NCBI GenBank assembly: GCA_963793415.1
Contig: CAWCAC010000002.1
Location: forward strand, 2,233,881 to 2,297,880
Direction: 5' to 3'
Source: an uncultured Solirubrobacterales bacterium
GTDB lineage: Bacteria > Actinomycetota > Thermoleophilia > Solirubrobacterales > 70-9
DNA length: 64,000 nt
The position numbers and the translations under genes are program-made. Below, piece by piece: positions 30,300-39,462 of the stretch (position 1 is its first letter; each line of letters opens with the position of its first letter). The notes under the pieces are model-generated. The model had not been told where the DNA came from and ran no database searches. It saw only the letters and a program-made list of their open reading frames with translations.

Positions 30300-31520
30300 T
30301 CAGTTATGCCCGCACAACACCTGGTAGATCGACGTAAACCCGATGTCGAAGCCGTTGCGTGCCGCACGCAGATAGAGCCTCCAGACCCGGAGTCGCTCCG
30401 GCCCCGCGATCTGGAGCGCACGCTCCCCATTCTCGTCCAGGCGTCGGGCCCAGTGGCGCAGGGTCTCGGAGTAGTCGTCGCCGAACTCCTCGACGTGGCG
30501 CGTGCGCAGACCGGCCCGCTCGAGCGCGAGCAGCACCCGCGAGAGGTGGATCGGGTCGGCGTCGGGGAAGACGTAGCGCTCCGAGAACGGGCCCGCCTCC
30601 GGGTCGCTGTGACGCTGGCGTGTGATCCCGTGGTTGAGCAGCCGGCCCTCGGGAGCGAGCAGGCCCGCGACCCGCTCGGCGTAGAGGTCGATGTTCTCCT
30701 CGCCGACGTGCTCGACCATGCCGATCGAGGCGATCGCGTCGAACTCGCCCTCGAGGTCCCTGTAGTCGCGAACCTCGATCCGGACCCGGTCGGCGTGCCC
30801 GGCGTCGGCGACGCGCTCGCGGGCGAGCCGCGCCTGCGGCTCCGAGAGCGTCACGCCGAGCACCTCGGCGGCGCCGCGTTCGGCGGCGGTGATCGAGAAG
30901 CTGCCCCAGCCGCAGCCGATGTCGAGGACGCGGTCGCCGGGGCCGATCGCGAGCTTGTCGGCGGTCAGATCGAGCTTCGCGCGCTGGGCGGCCTCGAGCG
31001 CCGCATCGCCCTCCTGCTCTTTGACCCCGGCCTTGTCGAAGAAGGCGCAGCTGTAGGTCATCGAGCTGTCGAGGAAGAGGGCGAAGAACTCGTTCGAGAC
31101 GTCGTAGTGGTGGCGCACCGCCCGGGCATCCCGCTCGCGGCTGTGCCGGCGCCCCTGCGGGACCAGCTCCGACTCGGGCCGCGCCGGCGGCGCGACGATG
31201 CCCATCGCGCGGACCGCGGCTGCCGCCAGCCGCAGGCTGCGGCCGTTGCTCAGCGGCGGCGGCTTCCAGCCGTCGAGCAAGGCGATCACGGCCTCCATGT
31301 CGTCGACCTCGAGCGCGCCGGAGACGTAGGCGCGGCCGATCCCGAGCTGCCCCGGCGCCCTCAGCGCGTGAGCGATTGCCTCCGGTGAGCTGACCGTGAA
31401 GGTCGGGCCGCCCGGCGCGGTCGCCGCCAGCCTGCTCCCGTCCCAGAAGACGACCTCGAACGGCCGCTCGGGGAAGGCTGCCTCGATCTCGTTGATCAGC
31501 GGTCGGGGTTGCTCGAACAC
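30300..31520 (-). CDS. cyclopropane-fatty-acyl-phospholipid synthase family SAM-dependent methyltransferase
   Basis: HYDVSNEFFALFLD, MTYSCAFF, SAM motif VLDIGCGWGS, and RVWRLYLRAARNGF at the C-terminus. A GTG start at 31520 is proposed; the listed ORF begins at 31634. Confidence 0.85.
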   Translation of the reverse strand: MFEQPRPLINEIEAAFPERPFEVVFWDGSRLAATAPGGPTFTVSSPEAIAHALRAPGQLGIGRAYVSGALEVDDMEAVIALLDGWKPPPLSNGRSLRLAAAAVRAMGIVAPPARPESELVPQGRRHSRERDARAVRHHYDVSNEFFALFLDSSMTYSCAFFDKAGVKEQEGDAALEAAQRAKLDLTADKLAIGPGDRVLDIGCGWGSFSITAAERGAAEVLGVTLSEPQARLARERVADAGHADRVRIEVRDYRDLEGEFDAIASIGMVEHVGEENIDLYAERVAGLLAPEGRLLNHGITRQRHSDPEAGPFSERYVFPDADPIHLSRVLLALERAGLRTRHVEEFGDDYSETLRHWARRLDENGERALQIAGPERLRVWRLYLRAARNGFDIGFTSIYQVLCGHN

Positions 31521-31563
31521 GGCGGCGAGCCTACTCCTCACGCGCTCGCATTTCCGCCCGGTC

Positions 31564-33498
31564 TCAGCCGCCGCGCGTGGCGATCGCGTCGGCGATCTTC
31601 GCCCGCTCGCGCTGCAGCTCGACGACGCGGGCATAGGGCACGACCTTCGGGTCTCCCTCGCCGGCCGCCTCCTCCGAGCCGGCGGCGTCGCGGCGCAGGC
31701 GGTTGATCTCGCGGTCGATCCGGGCCCGCTCGATCATCAGCCACGAGAGCTCCATCGCCGGCGCCTCGGCCGGTTCGCGCTCGGCCATCAGCTGCAGGCG
31801 CGAGACCTCGGTGAACAGCTCCTCGTCCTCGCGCGGCAGTCCCTCGAGCGGGTCCTTGAGATGCTCGCGGAGCCAGCCCAGCGCGCGCCGCGCCCGCGGC
31901 GCGACCAGGTGCTCGTCCCCGAGCTTGGCGATGTAGGAGGCGCCGATCTTCGGCTCGGCGATGCACATCGCCAGCAGCGCGTCCTCGCGTCGCTCCTCCA
32001 CCGTGAGATCGCGGCGGCGCTCGGGGCGGCCGCCGCCGTCGCGCCCACCCTCGGGCCCGGGGTCGCCGTCGACGATCGCATCGTCGGCGCCGGCGCCTGC
32101 GCCGACGTCGGCCGGCGCTGCGTCGGGCGCGGCCGGCCCGCCGACGTCCCGGCGGCGCTGCTGCTCGTGGCTCCGCTGCGGTTCTTCGCGACGTGGCATC
32201 TGCGCCGCCGCGAGCCGGCGGTTGACCAGCCCGGGGTCGGTCTCGAGCCGGTCCGCGACCTCGGAGATCAGCTCCTGGCGGGTGATCGTCTCCCCCATCG
32301 CCTTCAGCACCGGCGCGACCTCGTCGAGGGCTCGGTCGCGGCCGGCCGGAGTCTCGAGGTCGGCGTCGGCGAGGATCGCGCGGACGTGGAAGACAGGCAG
32401 GTCGACGGCCTCGCTGAGGAGGCGTCGAAAGCGCTCCTCGCCGCCGTCGACGTTGAGCATGTCGGCGGGGTCCTCGCCCTCGGGCATCGCGCAGACGAGC
32501 AGTCGCAGCTTGCCGCTCCCGGCGACCCGCTGCGCGCGCAGCATCGCCTCGCGGCCGGCGCGGTCGGCGTCGAGTGCAAGCACGACCTCGCCCGCGTAGC
32601 CTCCGAGCAGCTTGAGCTGATCGGAGGTGATCGCCGTCCCCATCACCGCGACGGTCTCCTCGATCCCCGCCTGATGGAGCGCCAGCACGTCCGTGTAGCC
32701 CTCGACGACGACGGCGCGCTCGGAGCGCGCGATCGGGCCGCGGGCGCGGTCGATCCCGTAGAGCGTGCGGCTCTTGCGATAGAGCTCGCCCTCGGCCGAG
32801 TTCTTGTACTTCGGCTTCTGGTCGGGCAGCGAGGCGCGGGCGCCGAAGCCGACGGTGCGACCGCGGACGTCGCGGACCGGGAAGGTGATCCGCGAGCGGA
32901 AGACGTCGTAGTGGCCGCCCTTCTGGCCCTTCTGGACCAGGCCCGCAGCCATCAGCTCCTCGACCGAGTAGCCGGCGCGCTGGCCGCGCAGCAGGATCGA
33001 GTCCCAGGCGCTCGGCGCGAAGCCGACGCCGAAGGCGCGGAGGATCTCCTCGCCGAGCCCGCGCTCGGCCAGGTAGGAGCGGGCCCGCGCCGCTTTGTCG
33101 GCGTCCCACAGGTAGGTCTCGTAGAAGGCGGCGGCGCGCTCGAGCGCCTCGCCGAGCTTGCCGCGACGACGGCGTCTCGCCTCGGCCTCGGGGTCCTCCT
33201 CCTCACGCTCGAGCTCGACGCCGAAGCGATCGGCGAGCGCCTCGACGGCGTCCGGGAAGGCGAGGCCCTCCTTCTCCTGGACGAACCGGATCGTGTCGCC
33301 GCCGGCCTCGCAGCCGAAGCAGTAGTAGAAGCCCTCGGCGGGCTTGACCGAGAACGACGGCGTCCGCTCCTCGTGGAAGGGGCAGAGGCCGACGAAGCGC
33401 TCGCCCTGACGGCGCAGGTCGGTGTAAGCGGAGACGACCTCGACGATGTCCGCGGACTCGCGCACGCGATCGATCGACTCCGGCGTGAACAGGCTCAC
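31564..33498 (-). CDS. dnaG: DNA primase
   Basis: Zinc-finger region CPFHEERTPSFSVKPAEGFYYCFGCEAGGD, a TOPRIM segment (VVVEGYTDVLALHQAG ... LALDADRAGREA) and a long charged C-terminal region. Confidence 0.95.
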   Translation of the reverse strand: MSLFTPESIDRVRESADIVEVVSAYTDLRRQGERFVGLCPFHEERTPSFSVKPAEGFYYCFGCEAGGDTIRFVQEKEGLAFPDAVEALADRFGVELEREEEDPEAEARRRRRGKLGEALERAAAFYETYLWDADKAARARSYLAERGLGEEILRAFGVGFAPSAWDSILLRGQRAGYSVEELMAAGLVQKGQKGGHYDVFRSRITFPVRDVRGRTVGFGARASLPDQKPKYKNSAEGELYRKSRTLYGIDRARGPIARSERAVVVEGYTDVLALHQAGIEETVAVMGTAITSDQLKLLGGYAGEVVLALDADRAGREAMLRAQRVAGSGKLRLLVCAMPEGEDPADMLNVDGGEERFRRLLSEAVDLPVFHVRAILADADLETPAGRDRALDEVAPVLKAMGETITRQELISEVADRLETDPGLVNRRLAAAQMPRREEPQRSHEQQRRRDVGGPAAPDAAPADVGAGAGADDAIVDGDPGPEGGRDGGGRPERRRDLTVEERREDALLAMCIAEPKIGASYIAKLGDEHLVAPRARRALGWLREHLKDPLEGLPREDEELFTEVSRLQLMAEREPAEAPAMELSWLMIERARIDREINRLRRDAAGSEEAAGEGDPKVVPYARVVELQRERAKIADAIATRGG

Positions 33499-34502
33499 AG
33501 CCTCGACTCCTCGGGCAGGGCGATGCGGCGGAAGGTGGCGATGCAGAAGCGGTCGGTCATCCCGGCCACGTAGTCCACCACGCGCTGCAGCTCGTCGGCG
33601 CCCGGTGCCGGCGGCGGCATCTCGTCGGGGTGGGCGAGGTAGTGGTCGATCAGCGCCGTCAGGGTCCGGTGCACGCGGTCGTGCTCGGAGCGGGCGTCGT
33701 GGCCGAGGTAGACGGCGTCGAACATGAACTTCCGCAGCCGCAGCATCGCGCCGCCGATCTCCGGGCTCTGGGCGATGTCACCGGTCTCGGGCGAGGTCTC
33801 GACGATGTCGCTGACGAGCGTGTCGATCCGGGCCGAGCCAGTCGGGCCGAGCAGCGCGATCTGCTCGCGCGGCAGGTCCTCCTCGGAGATGATCCCCGCG
33901 CGGACCGCGTCGTCGATGTCGTGATTGATGTAGGCGACGCGGTCGACGAGCCGCACGATCCGCCCCTCGAACGTCTCCGGCTTGACCGAGCCGGTGTGGT
34001 TGAGGATCCCGTCGCGGACCTGACGGGTCAGGTTGAGGCCCTCGCCGTCCCGCTCGAGCACCTCGACGACGCGCAGCGAGTGCTCGTTGTGCCGGAATCC
34101 GGTGCCGCCGCGGTCCTTGATCGCCTCGTCGATCACCTCCTCGCCGATGTGGCCGAAGGGCGGATGGCCGAGGTCGTGGCCGTAACCGATCGCCTCGGTC
34201 AGGTCCTCGTTGAGGCCGAGCGCCCGGGCGACGTTGCGGGCGATGCCGGTCACCTCGAGCGTGTGGGTCATCCGCGTCCGGTAGTGGTCGCCCTCGGGCG
34301 CGATGAAGACCTGCGTCTTGTGCTTGAGGCGACGGAACGGCTTCGAGTGGACGATCCGGTCGCGATCGCGCTGGAACGGTGTCCGGTGCGAGCCCTCGGG
34401 CTCCGGCCTGGCGCGATCAGCGGGATAGGAGCGCGTCGCAAGCGGGCTGAGCTCACGCTCCTCAGCCGCCTGGATCCGCTCTGCGAAGGGTTCTGTCCTC
34501 AC
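33495..34502 (-). CDS. dgt: dGTP triphosphohydrolase-like HD-domain protein
   Basis: PFQRDRDRIVHSKPFRRLKHKTQVF, RMTHTLEV, YGHDLGHPPFGH (HD motif). Its start overlaps the dnaG stop by 4 nt. Confidence 0.9.
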   Translation of the reverse strand: MRTEPFAERIQAAEERELSPLATRSYPADRARPEPEGSHRTPFQRDRDRIVHSKPFRRLKHKTQVFIAPEGDHYRTRMTHTLEVTGIARNVARALGLNEDLTEAIGYGHDLGHPPFGHIGEEVIDEAIKDRGGTGFRHNEHSLRVVEVLERDGEGLNLTRQVRDGILNHTGSVKPETFEGRIVRLVDRVAYINHDIDDAVRAGIISEEDLPREQIALLGPTGSARIDTLVSDIVETSPETGDIAQSPEIGGAMLRLRKFMFDAVYLGHDARSEHDRVHRTLTALIDHYLAHPDEMPPPAPGADELQRVVDYVAGMTDRFCIATFRRIALPEESRL

Positions 34503-34553
34503 GTACTGAGGATATGCGGCGGCGGCGCGTCGCTCGCCCCGGGCCCCCCGGGC

Positions 34554-35312
34554 CTAGGCGACGGCGCGCAGATGGACGTGGGCGTGATGTTCGAGCACGT
34601 CGCCGATCGCGCGCTCGACCTGGCGCAGGACGCCGGCGTCGGCGTCGGGTAGCTCGGCCATCGGCTTGCCCAGCGCCGCGACCATGAACTCGTGCGCGGG
34701 CTCGGAGAAGCGGAAGCCGGCGCCCTCGCAGCCGGCGCAGACGACGCCGCCGGCGGCGCCGGAGAAGGCCGCGATCTCCTCACGCTCGCCACAGCGCGCG
34801 CAGGCCGCGAGCTCGGGCACGAAGCCGGCGGCCAGGGCGAGCTTGAGCCGGAAGGCAAGCGCCGCCGCGCGCGACGTCGGCGAGATCTGCGAGCGGCCGC
34901 CGACGCCGCCCGGGGCCGGCGTCTCCGCCTCGCTGTCGAGCAGGTCGAGGTAGCGGCAGAGGAGGTTGTAGGCGGGGCGGTTGGGCTCGTTCGAGTCGAG
35001 CAGCCGCAGGACGGCGTCGGCGGCGCTGGTCGCAGCGCCGATCGCCGGCCCGCTGGCGCGCAGCGCCGGGTAGCCGTCGAGAGTCGAGGCGCCGGTCACG
35101 GTGAGCAGCTCGCCGCGGCCCTCGTGCAGCATCAGATCGAGCCTGAAGAAGGGCTCGAGCCGGCCGCCGAAGCGGGACTTGGGCCGTCGCGACCCCTTCG
35201 CGATCGCGTTGACCCGCCCCCGGTCGGAGCTGTAGAGGTGAAGAATCCGGTCGGCCTCGCCGTAGCGGATGCTTCGCAGCACGACGGCCTCCGTTTTGAC
35301 GCTTCCGGGCAC
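34554..35312 (-). CDS. recO: DNA repair protein RecO
   Basis: TEAVVLRSIRYGEADRILHLYSSDRGRVNAIAKGSRRPKSRFGGRLEPF (OB fold) and C-terminal Cys cluster CARCGE...CAGCE. A GTG start at 35312 gives 252 aa. Confidence 0.85.
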   Translation of the reverse strand: MPGSVKTEAVVLRSIRYGEADRILHLYSSDRGRVNAIAKGSRRPKSRFGGRLEPFFRLDLMLHEGRGELLTVTGASTLDGYPALRASGPAIGAATSAADAVLRLLDSNEPNRPAYNLLCRYLDLLDSEAETPAPGGVGGRSQISPTSRAAALAFRLKLALAAGFVPELAACARCGEREEIAAFSGAAGGVVCAGCEGAGFRFSEPAHEFMVAALGKPMAELPDADAGVLRQVERAIGDVLEHHAHVHLRAVA

Positions 35313-35359
35313 GGATCCATGATGAAGATGGGCGCGGATGGGCCCCCCGGGGCGCGGCT

Positions 35360-36346
35360 TCAGCGCGGCGACGCGGCGACGCGAACGCCATCGCGGATCG
35401 CCTCGGCCGTGACCGTCGCCGCGAGCGTGCCGGTCGTCATCACCCGCCACGACGGTGCCGGCTCGGGCTCACCCTCACCGCCGGCGACGCAGAAGGTGAT
35501 GTCGCCGTCGAAGGGCGTGAAAACCGGGTCGACCGCGCGCGGGATCCCCGCCGCCGCCATCCGCGCCACCTTGTTGGCGGCGAGCTTGTCGAGCGGCACG
35601 TCGCAGATCACGCAGACGAGCGTCGTGCCCTCACGCGGCTCGCGCACGCTCCAGTCGGGCGGCGCCCCGAGCGAGGCGATCAGCTCAGCGCTGCTGCGGG
35701 TGGCCTGGCCGTCGCCGAGGTCGGCGAGCTGGGCGATCGGCGTTCCGTCGGCATCGATCACGTCGCCGGTCGCGTTGACCGCGGCGATCGCCGCCACGGT
35801 CTCGCCGGTGCCCAGCTTCGCCGCGGCGTAGCCGATCCCACCCGGCTGCGAGTGCTCGCGGCCGAGCGCCTTTGCGACCGCGGCTCCAGTCGCGGCCCCG
35901 AGGCGGCCGCGCGCGGGCACGCCCTCGACCGCCGCCTCGCAGGCCGCGTACCCCTGGTCGGGGCCGGGCCGCACGTTGCCGTCGCCGGAGACGAGGTCGT
36001 AGAGCACCGCAGCGGGCACGAGCGGCACGCGACCGCCGGGAGTGACGTAGCCGCGACCGTTCTCCTCACACCAGCGGACGACGCCGTCGGCGGCGGCGAG
36101 CCCGAAGGCGCTGCCGCCGGTGAGCAGCACCGCGGTTGCCTCCGACGCGTTCGCGAGCGGCGAGAGGATCTCGGTCTCGCGCGATCCGGGGCCGCCGCCG
36201 CCCACGTCGACACCGCAGACCGCCCCGTCCGGCGGCAGGACGACGGTGCAGCCGGTCGCCGCGACCTCGTCGGTCCAGTGGCCGATCGCGAAGCCCGCCG
36301 GCGGCGGCAGGTCCGGGCCCGGGACGTGGTCGGCGGCGGCGTTCAT
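35360..36346 (-). CDS. P1/S58 family peptidase (DmpA/L-aminopeptidase-like)
   Basis: GFAIGHWTDEVAATGCTVVL, GGGPGSRETE, LLTGGSAFGLAAADGVVRW and a TTLVCV segment are typical of the DmpA/ornithine acetyltransferase-fold S58 family. Confidence 0.8.
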   Translation of the reverse strand: MNAAADHVPGPDLPPPAGFAIGHWTDEVAATGCTVVLPPDGAVCGVDVGGGGPGSRETEILSPLANASEATAVLLTGGSAFGLAAADGVVRWCEENGRGYVTPGGRVPLVPAAVLYDLVSGDGNVRPGPDQGYAACEAAVEGVPARGRLGAATGAAVAKALGREHSQPGGIGYAAAKLGTGETVAAIAAVNATGDVIDADGTPIAQLADLGDGQATRSSAELIASLGAPPDWSVREPREGTTLVCVICDVPLDKLAANKVARMAAAGIPRAVDPVFTPFDGDITFCVAGGEGEPEPAPSWRVMTTGTLAATVTAEAIRDGVRVAASPR

Positions 36347-37260
36347 GCGTGGCCGCCCGTGACCGGGCGTGGGGTCGCCGCGCGCTTGCGCCGTCGGCGC
36401 CTGCGCAGCCGTACCTGGCAGTTCGGGCAGAAGTAGGTGGAGCGGCCGCCGACGACGATCCGCGAGATCGTCTCGCCGCAGCGCGGGCAGGGCTGGCCCT
36501 CACGGGTATGGACGAGGAACTCCTCCTGCATCGAGCCCTGCTCGCCCCGGGCGTCGCGGTAGTCATCGATCGAGGAGCCGCCGTTGGCGATCCCGAGCTC
36601 GAGCGCCTCGACGATCCCGTCGCGGAGCTCCTCCCAGTGCTCCTTGCGCATCGATCCCGCCGGCGAGAGCGGGTGCAACCGGGCCCTGTGCAGGGCCTCG
36701 TCCGCGTAGATGTTCCCGATCCCCGCGATGTGCCTCTGATCGAGCAGCCACGACTTCAACGGCGCCGTGCGATCTGCGGCGCGTTCGCCGATCAGCCCCG
36801 GCGTCAGCTCGTCGCTGAGCGGCTCGACCCCGAGCCGGGCGTCGAGGTAGGGGTCGAGATCCCCGGCCGCCAGTAGATGGGCGTGACCGAAGCGGCGTGG
36901 GTCCGTGAACCGCATCGTGCTGCCGTCGTCGAGCGTGAACAGGGCCCGCAGGTGCAGCTCCATGTCGTGCTCGCCCTCGTACAGGCGCGGACCGCCGATC
37001 CGCTCGCCGCCGATGATCAGGTTGCCGGTCATCCGCAGGTGCATGACGAGCGTGGCGCCGTCGTCCAGCTCGAGCAGGATGTACTTGCCGCGCCGGCCGA
37101 CGCCGGCGATCGTGCGACCCGCGACCGCCGCCTCCAGCTCCTCGGGCGGAAACGGCCGGCTCCAGCGCCCGTCGAGGATCTCCAGCCGCTCGATCCGGCG
37201 CCCCCCGACGTGGGGAGCGAGCTGGCGACAGACGGTCTCGACCTCGGGAAGCTCGGGCAC
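36343..37260 (-). CDS. mutM: formamidopyrimidine-DNA glycosylase
   Basis: N-terminal MPELPEVETV, an H2TH region (LLDQRHIAGIGNIYADEALHRARLHP) and a C-terminal zinc finger (CPRCGETI...GGRSTYFCPNCQ). Confidence 0.92.
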   Translation of the reverse strand: MPELPEVETVCRQLAPHVGGRRIERLEILDGRWSRPFPPEELEAAVAGRTIAGVGRRGKYILLELDDGATLVMHLRMTGNLIIGGERIGGPRLYEGEHDMELHLRALFTLDDGSTMRFTDPRRFGHAHLLAAGDLDPYLDARLGVEPLSDELTPGLIGERAADRTAPLKSWLLDQRHIAGIGNIYADEALHRARLHPLSPAGSMRKEHWEELRDGIVEALELGIANGGSSIDDYRDARGEQGSMQEEFLVHTREGQPCPRCGETISRIVVGGRSTYFCPNCQVRLRRRRRRKRAATPRPVTGGHA

Positions 37261-37296
37261 GCACCCCTTCTACACGAGTCGGACGAGCTCGGTCCA

Positions 37297-37349
37297 CCGC
37301 GAACGTGCTTGGAACCCCCCTGGAGGGGCGGATGCCGCACGTTCGGCGG
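37297..37349. terminator. long imperfect inverted repeat between the xerD stop and the mutM start
   Basis: CCGCGAACGTGC (37297..37308) pairs with GCACGTTCG-g-CGG (37337..37349): 12 bp with one bulge. The 28-nt loop holds an inner CCCC/GGGG hairpin. No U-tract. Confidence 0.35.
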
Positions 37350-37358
37350 GGGCCCGGC

Positions 37359-38354
37359 TCAGTGCGGGACGGCGGCGGTGCCGTTGCGAGCCCGCGGGTG
37401 CGCGTCGAAGTAGACCTCCTTGACGCGATCCGCGGTCAGGTGCGTGTAGATCTGCGTCGTCGCGACGTCGGCGTGGCCGAGCATCTCCTGGACTGAGCGT
37501 AGATCGCAGCCGCCCGAGAGCAGATGCGTGGCGAAGCTGTGGCGCAGTGTGTGCGGGCTCATCCGGTCGCCGAGGCCGGCGTCGCGGGCACGTCCCTGGA
37601 TGATCTTGTAGAGGCCCTGGCGGGTGAGCGGGCCGCCGCGCTGGTTCAGGAACAGGGCCCGCTCGTCACGCGTGCCGGTCAGCTCGGGGCGGCCGGAGCG
37701 CAGGTACCGGGCGAGAGCTGCGGAGGCCTGGCGGCCGAGCGGCACGATCCGCTCCTTCGATCCCTTGCCGAAGGCCCGCAGATATCCGTGCTCGAGGTCG
37801 AAGGAGCCGAGCTCGAGCCCGACCGTCTCCGAGGCGCGGAGGCCGCAGCCGTACATGACCTCGAGCAGCGCTCGGTCGCGGAGCTCGGCCGGCGTCGAGC
37901 CGGACACTCCCTCGAGCAGCTTCTTGACCTCGGCGTAGCCGAGAACCTTCGGCAGCGTCCGATCCTTCTTCGGCGCGCGGACGGCGGCTGTCGGGTCGCC
38001 GTCGACGAGCTCGGCCCGGCGCAGGTGGCGGTAGAAGGAACGCAGGCAGGCGGTCTTGCGGTTCAGGGTCGCCGCCGATGCGGGCGGCCGATCCTCGCCG
38101 TCGCCCTCGGCGAGCGCGGTCAGGAAGTCGGAGATCTCGCCGGCGCCGGCCTCGGTCGCGTCGACGTGACGCTCGGCCAGGAAGACGCCGTACTGGAGCA
38201 GATCGGTTCGATAGGCGGAGAGCGTGTTGCGCGCGAGCCCGCGCTCGAACTCGAGATAGGCGAGGAAATCGAGCAAGAGCGCCTCGAAGCGCGCTTCGGG
38301 ACGGGCTTTCTCGACCGGCGCCTGGGCGTCGGTCTCTGCTTCGGCAACGGCCAC
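37359..38354 (-). CDS. xerD: site-specific tyrosine recombinase XerD/XerC
   Basis: FLAYLEFERGLARNTLSAYRTDL (SAM-like N-domain) and catalytic motifs GLRASE, HTLRHSFATHLL, LGHADVATTQIYTH. A GTG start at 38354 is proposed; the listed ORF starts at 38579 with an Arg/Ala-rich lead. Confidence 0.85.
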   Translation of the reverse strand: MAVAEAETDAQAPVEKARPEARFEALLLDFLAYLEFERGLARNTLSAYRTDLLQYGVFLAERHVDATEAGAGEISDFLTALAEGDGEDRPPASAATLNRKTACLRSFYRHLRRAELVDGDPTAAVRAPKKDRTLPKVLGYAEVKKLLEGVSGSTPAELRDRALLEVMYGCGLRASETVGLELGSFDLEHGYLRAFGKGSKERIVPLGRQASAALARYLRSGRPELTGTRDERALFLNQRGGPLTRQGLYKIIQGRARDAGLGDRMSPHTLRHSFATHLLSGGCDLRSVQEMLGHADVATTQIYTHLTADRVKEVYFDAHPRARNGTAAVPH

Positions 38355-38415
38355 GGGAGCTGATTCCCGATCGCCGCCCGCCTCCCTTCCGGTGCAACCC
38401 GACGTGCGCGCCCGC

Positions 38416-39462
38416 TCAGGCGCAGGCACGGGCCGCAAGCGCGACCCCCGAGGCCAGCGGAGCCGCGAAGAAGAGCGGGTCCTCCTCGAGGTCCCGGCCC
38501 ATCGTCCTGCGAGGCAGGCCGGAGCTGCCGTAGCCCTCGAGGTCGGCCGCAGCCGGCACAGCCGTGTGCATCTCTCCACAGGCCTTGGAAATCACTTCCG
38601 CCGGGCCATGCTCGGCGCCGACGGGCCAGAGCTGGCGGGCCTGCTCGGGGACCGGTACCTCGACGCCGGCGAGCAGCAGCTCGAGGACGGTGCGCGAGTG
38701 ATGGCTGAGCCCGAGGTGGCGCGGGCGCCCCTCCCCGGACGACATCCGCGGCGAGACGAGCACCGGCAGGCCCAGGGCCAGCCCGGCGTGGGCGGCGTCG
38801 AGCGCAGCCATGCCGCCGTGGCCATAGCGGCTCGCCGAGCCGAGGATGCCTGGACCGGGCCCGCAGACGATCGCGTCCCAGTCCCGCTCCAGCGCCGCCG
38901 CGTGCAGGGCGCCGACGACACTGATCGCCTCGTGCTCGGCCCCGAAGCAGGGGCCGGCGCTGATCGTCTCGACCAGCAGGCCGCGCTCGCGCAGGGCGGC
39001 GACGTCGCGCGACATCGACCCGGGGAGCGCCGCCCCGGGCGTCTGCACGTAGCCGAGCCTGGCCCCGTCGGCGAGCCCGCCGAAGGCCCAGCAGGCGGGC
39101 GCCAGGTAGCCGTGCAGCGGCAGGACCAGGACCGGGACCTCGCGCTCGGGGCGCGCGGGCGCGTCGGCGGCGGCGTCGATCGGGTCGACCGCGTGCTGGA
39201 GCGAGGTGTAGTTGAGCTTCATCACGTGTACCCCTGCGGCGCTCTCGCCACCCTCGAGGCCGCGGGTCAGGTTCACGTGGACGACGTCGAAGCCGCCGCT
39301 GCCGAGCGCCAGATCGAGCGCCGCCGTGTTGACGACCACCTCGTCGCCCTCCTCGCAGGGCCCGACGAGCGTCTCGTCCGCCCAGGCCCGGCGCCTCTCC
39401 CCCGCTATCTCGACCGTGAGTGGATCGGCGGCGACAACGACACCGCGACGCAGCTTCAGCAC
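38416..39462 (-). CDS. DUF3866 family protein
   Basis: 348 aa. MLKLRRGVVVAADPLTVEIAGERRRAWADETLVGPCEEGDEVVVNTAALDLALGSGGFDVVHVNLT matches my recollection of the DUF3866 N-terminus. Overlaps the upstream M20 gene by 7 nt. Confidence 0.7.
   Translation of the reverse strand: MLKLRRGVVVAADPLTVEIAGERRRAWADETLVGPCEEGDEVVVNTAALDLALGSGGFDVVHVNLTRGLEGGESAAGVHVMKLNYTSLQHAVDPIDAAADAPARPEREVPVLVLPLHGYLAPACWAFGGLADGARLGYVQTPGAALPGSMSRDVAALRERGLLVETISAGPCFGAEHEAISVVGALHAAALERDWDAIVCGPGPGILGSASRYGHGGMAALDAAHAGLALGLPVLVSPRMSSGEGRPRHLGLSHHSRTVLELLLAGVEVPVPEQARQLWPVGAEHGPAEVISKACGEMHTAVPAAADLEGYGSSGLPRRTMGRDLEEDPLFFAAPLASGVALAARACA

Noticed and set aside
30047-30337. 96-aa ORF in the tRNA-Asn upstream spacer
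   Set aside because: Its STFV/ATFV/FTFV periodicity merely mirrors the ACGTTCGT DNA repeats. The remainder is Pro-rich, and no RBS or family resemblance is visible.
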